DNA of 64,000 bases, taken from the NCBI GenBank assembly GCA_030390025.1, contig JASTWF010000148.1:62001-126000 (forward strand), given 5' to 3'. Positions 62,862 through 64,000 of this stretch are shown here, in pieces (the first letter of the stretch is position 1; every line of letters begins with the position of its first letter). Below the pieces are notes generated by a model, which worked only from the letters and a program-made list of their open reading frames with translations, ran no database searches and was not told the DNA's origin. The position numbers and the translations under genes were made by a program. This DNA comes from Squalus acanthias. Taxonomy: Eukaryota.

Positions 62862-63615
62862 GTTTTTTTTATTCGTTTATGAGATGTGGGCGTCGCTGGC
62901 AAGTCCAGCATTTATTGACCATCCCTAATTGCCCTTGAGAAGGTGGTGGTGAGCCGCCTTCTTGAACCGCTGCAGTCCTTGTGGTGAAGGTAATCCCACA
63001 GTGCTGTTAGGTAGGGAGTTCCAGGATTTTGACCCAGCGACGATGAAGGATCGGCGATATACTTCTAAGTCAGGATGGTGTGTGACTTGGAGTGGAACTT
63101 GGAGGTGGTGGTGTTCCCATGCGCCTGCTGTCCTTCTCCTTCTAGGTGCAAGAGGTCGCGGGTTTGGGAGGTGCTGCCGAAGAAGCCTTGGCGAGTTGCT
63201 ACAGTGCATCTTGTAGCTGGTGCACACTGCAGCCACGGTACGCCGGTGGTGGAGGGAGTGAATGTTTAAGGTGGTAGATGGGCTGCCAATCAAGCGGACT
63301 GCTTTGTCCTGGATGGTATCGAGCTTCTTGTGTCTTGTTGGAGCTGCACTCATCCAGGCAAGTTGAGAGTATTCCATCACACTCCTTACTTGTGCCTTGT
63401 AGATGGTAGAAAGGCTTTGGGGAGTCAGGAGGTGAGACACTCGCCGCAGAATATCCAGCCTCTGACCTGCTCTTGCAGCCAGGTATTTATGTGGCTGGTC
63501 CAGTTAAGTTTCTGGTCAATGGTGACACCCAGGATGTTGATAGTGTGGGATTCGGCGATGGTAATGTCGTTGAATGTCAAGGGGCGATGGTTATACTCTC
63601 GCTTGTTAGAGATAT
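62862..63615 (-). mobile_element. CR1/L2-group LINE 3' fragment
   Basis: Reverse-complement homolog of 51950-52710. Confidence 0.85.
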
Positions 63616-64000
63616 GATGTGGAGATGCCGGCGTTGGACTGGGGTGGACAAAAATGAGAAGTCGCACAACACCAGGTTATAGTCCAACAGATTTATTTAA
63701 TTTTACAAGCTTTCGAAGCAGTTCGCTCCTTCGTCAGGTAAGTTAGCAATGAGAGAATCTCCCAGAATTCACAATTTAAACCCAGACAAAATCTATTCAC
63801 ATTATTCCCTACAACAAAGAGCACAGCCAAGACAATGAGATGTGTCCCAGGGGGTCCAACGTGTCAAACCACCTGCTGGCTGCATATCCTGTCAATTTGT
63901 GTTCTTGTGTTAGTCTTTAAAAAAAAAAACACCTGGGAAGACCGGCCATCCACGCACTCAAGACCAACTGCAACATCGTCATCAAACCAGCGGACAAAGG

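Overview
Vertebrate genomic DNA, almost certainly a cartilaginous fish (shark), judged by HER1/CR1 LINEs, HE1-type V-SINEs and Deu-domain SINEs. The window is part of the V-segment array of a T-cell receptor alpha/delta locus. I find 14 V segments or V relics in both orientations (8 minus, 6 plus) plus an orphan leader exon. About 6 are open leader+V units, the rest are pseudogenes, and every complete RSS has a 23-bp spacer. Much of the rest is transposon debris (CR1, L2, RTE, Penelope-like, a solo LTR, Harbinger-type MITEs, SINEs), plus a ~60-bp minisatellite and one N gap. The standout is a self-contained five-exon gene on the + strand at 25032-30775. It comprises a leader, an already-joined V(D)J exon with no RSS, a TCR-delta-like C1 exon, a Cys hinge exon and a TCR alpha/delta-type transmembrane exon (R-x4-K). 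This looks like a non-rearranging, germline-joined TCR-delta-like chain embedded among ordinary rearranging V segments. As assembled, its TM exon carries a one-base lesion, and its hinge exon can read through to a stop overlapping AATAAA, so a soluble form is predicted. All calls come from reading and hand-translating the sequence; no database searches were run, and repeat boundaries are approximate.
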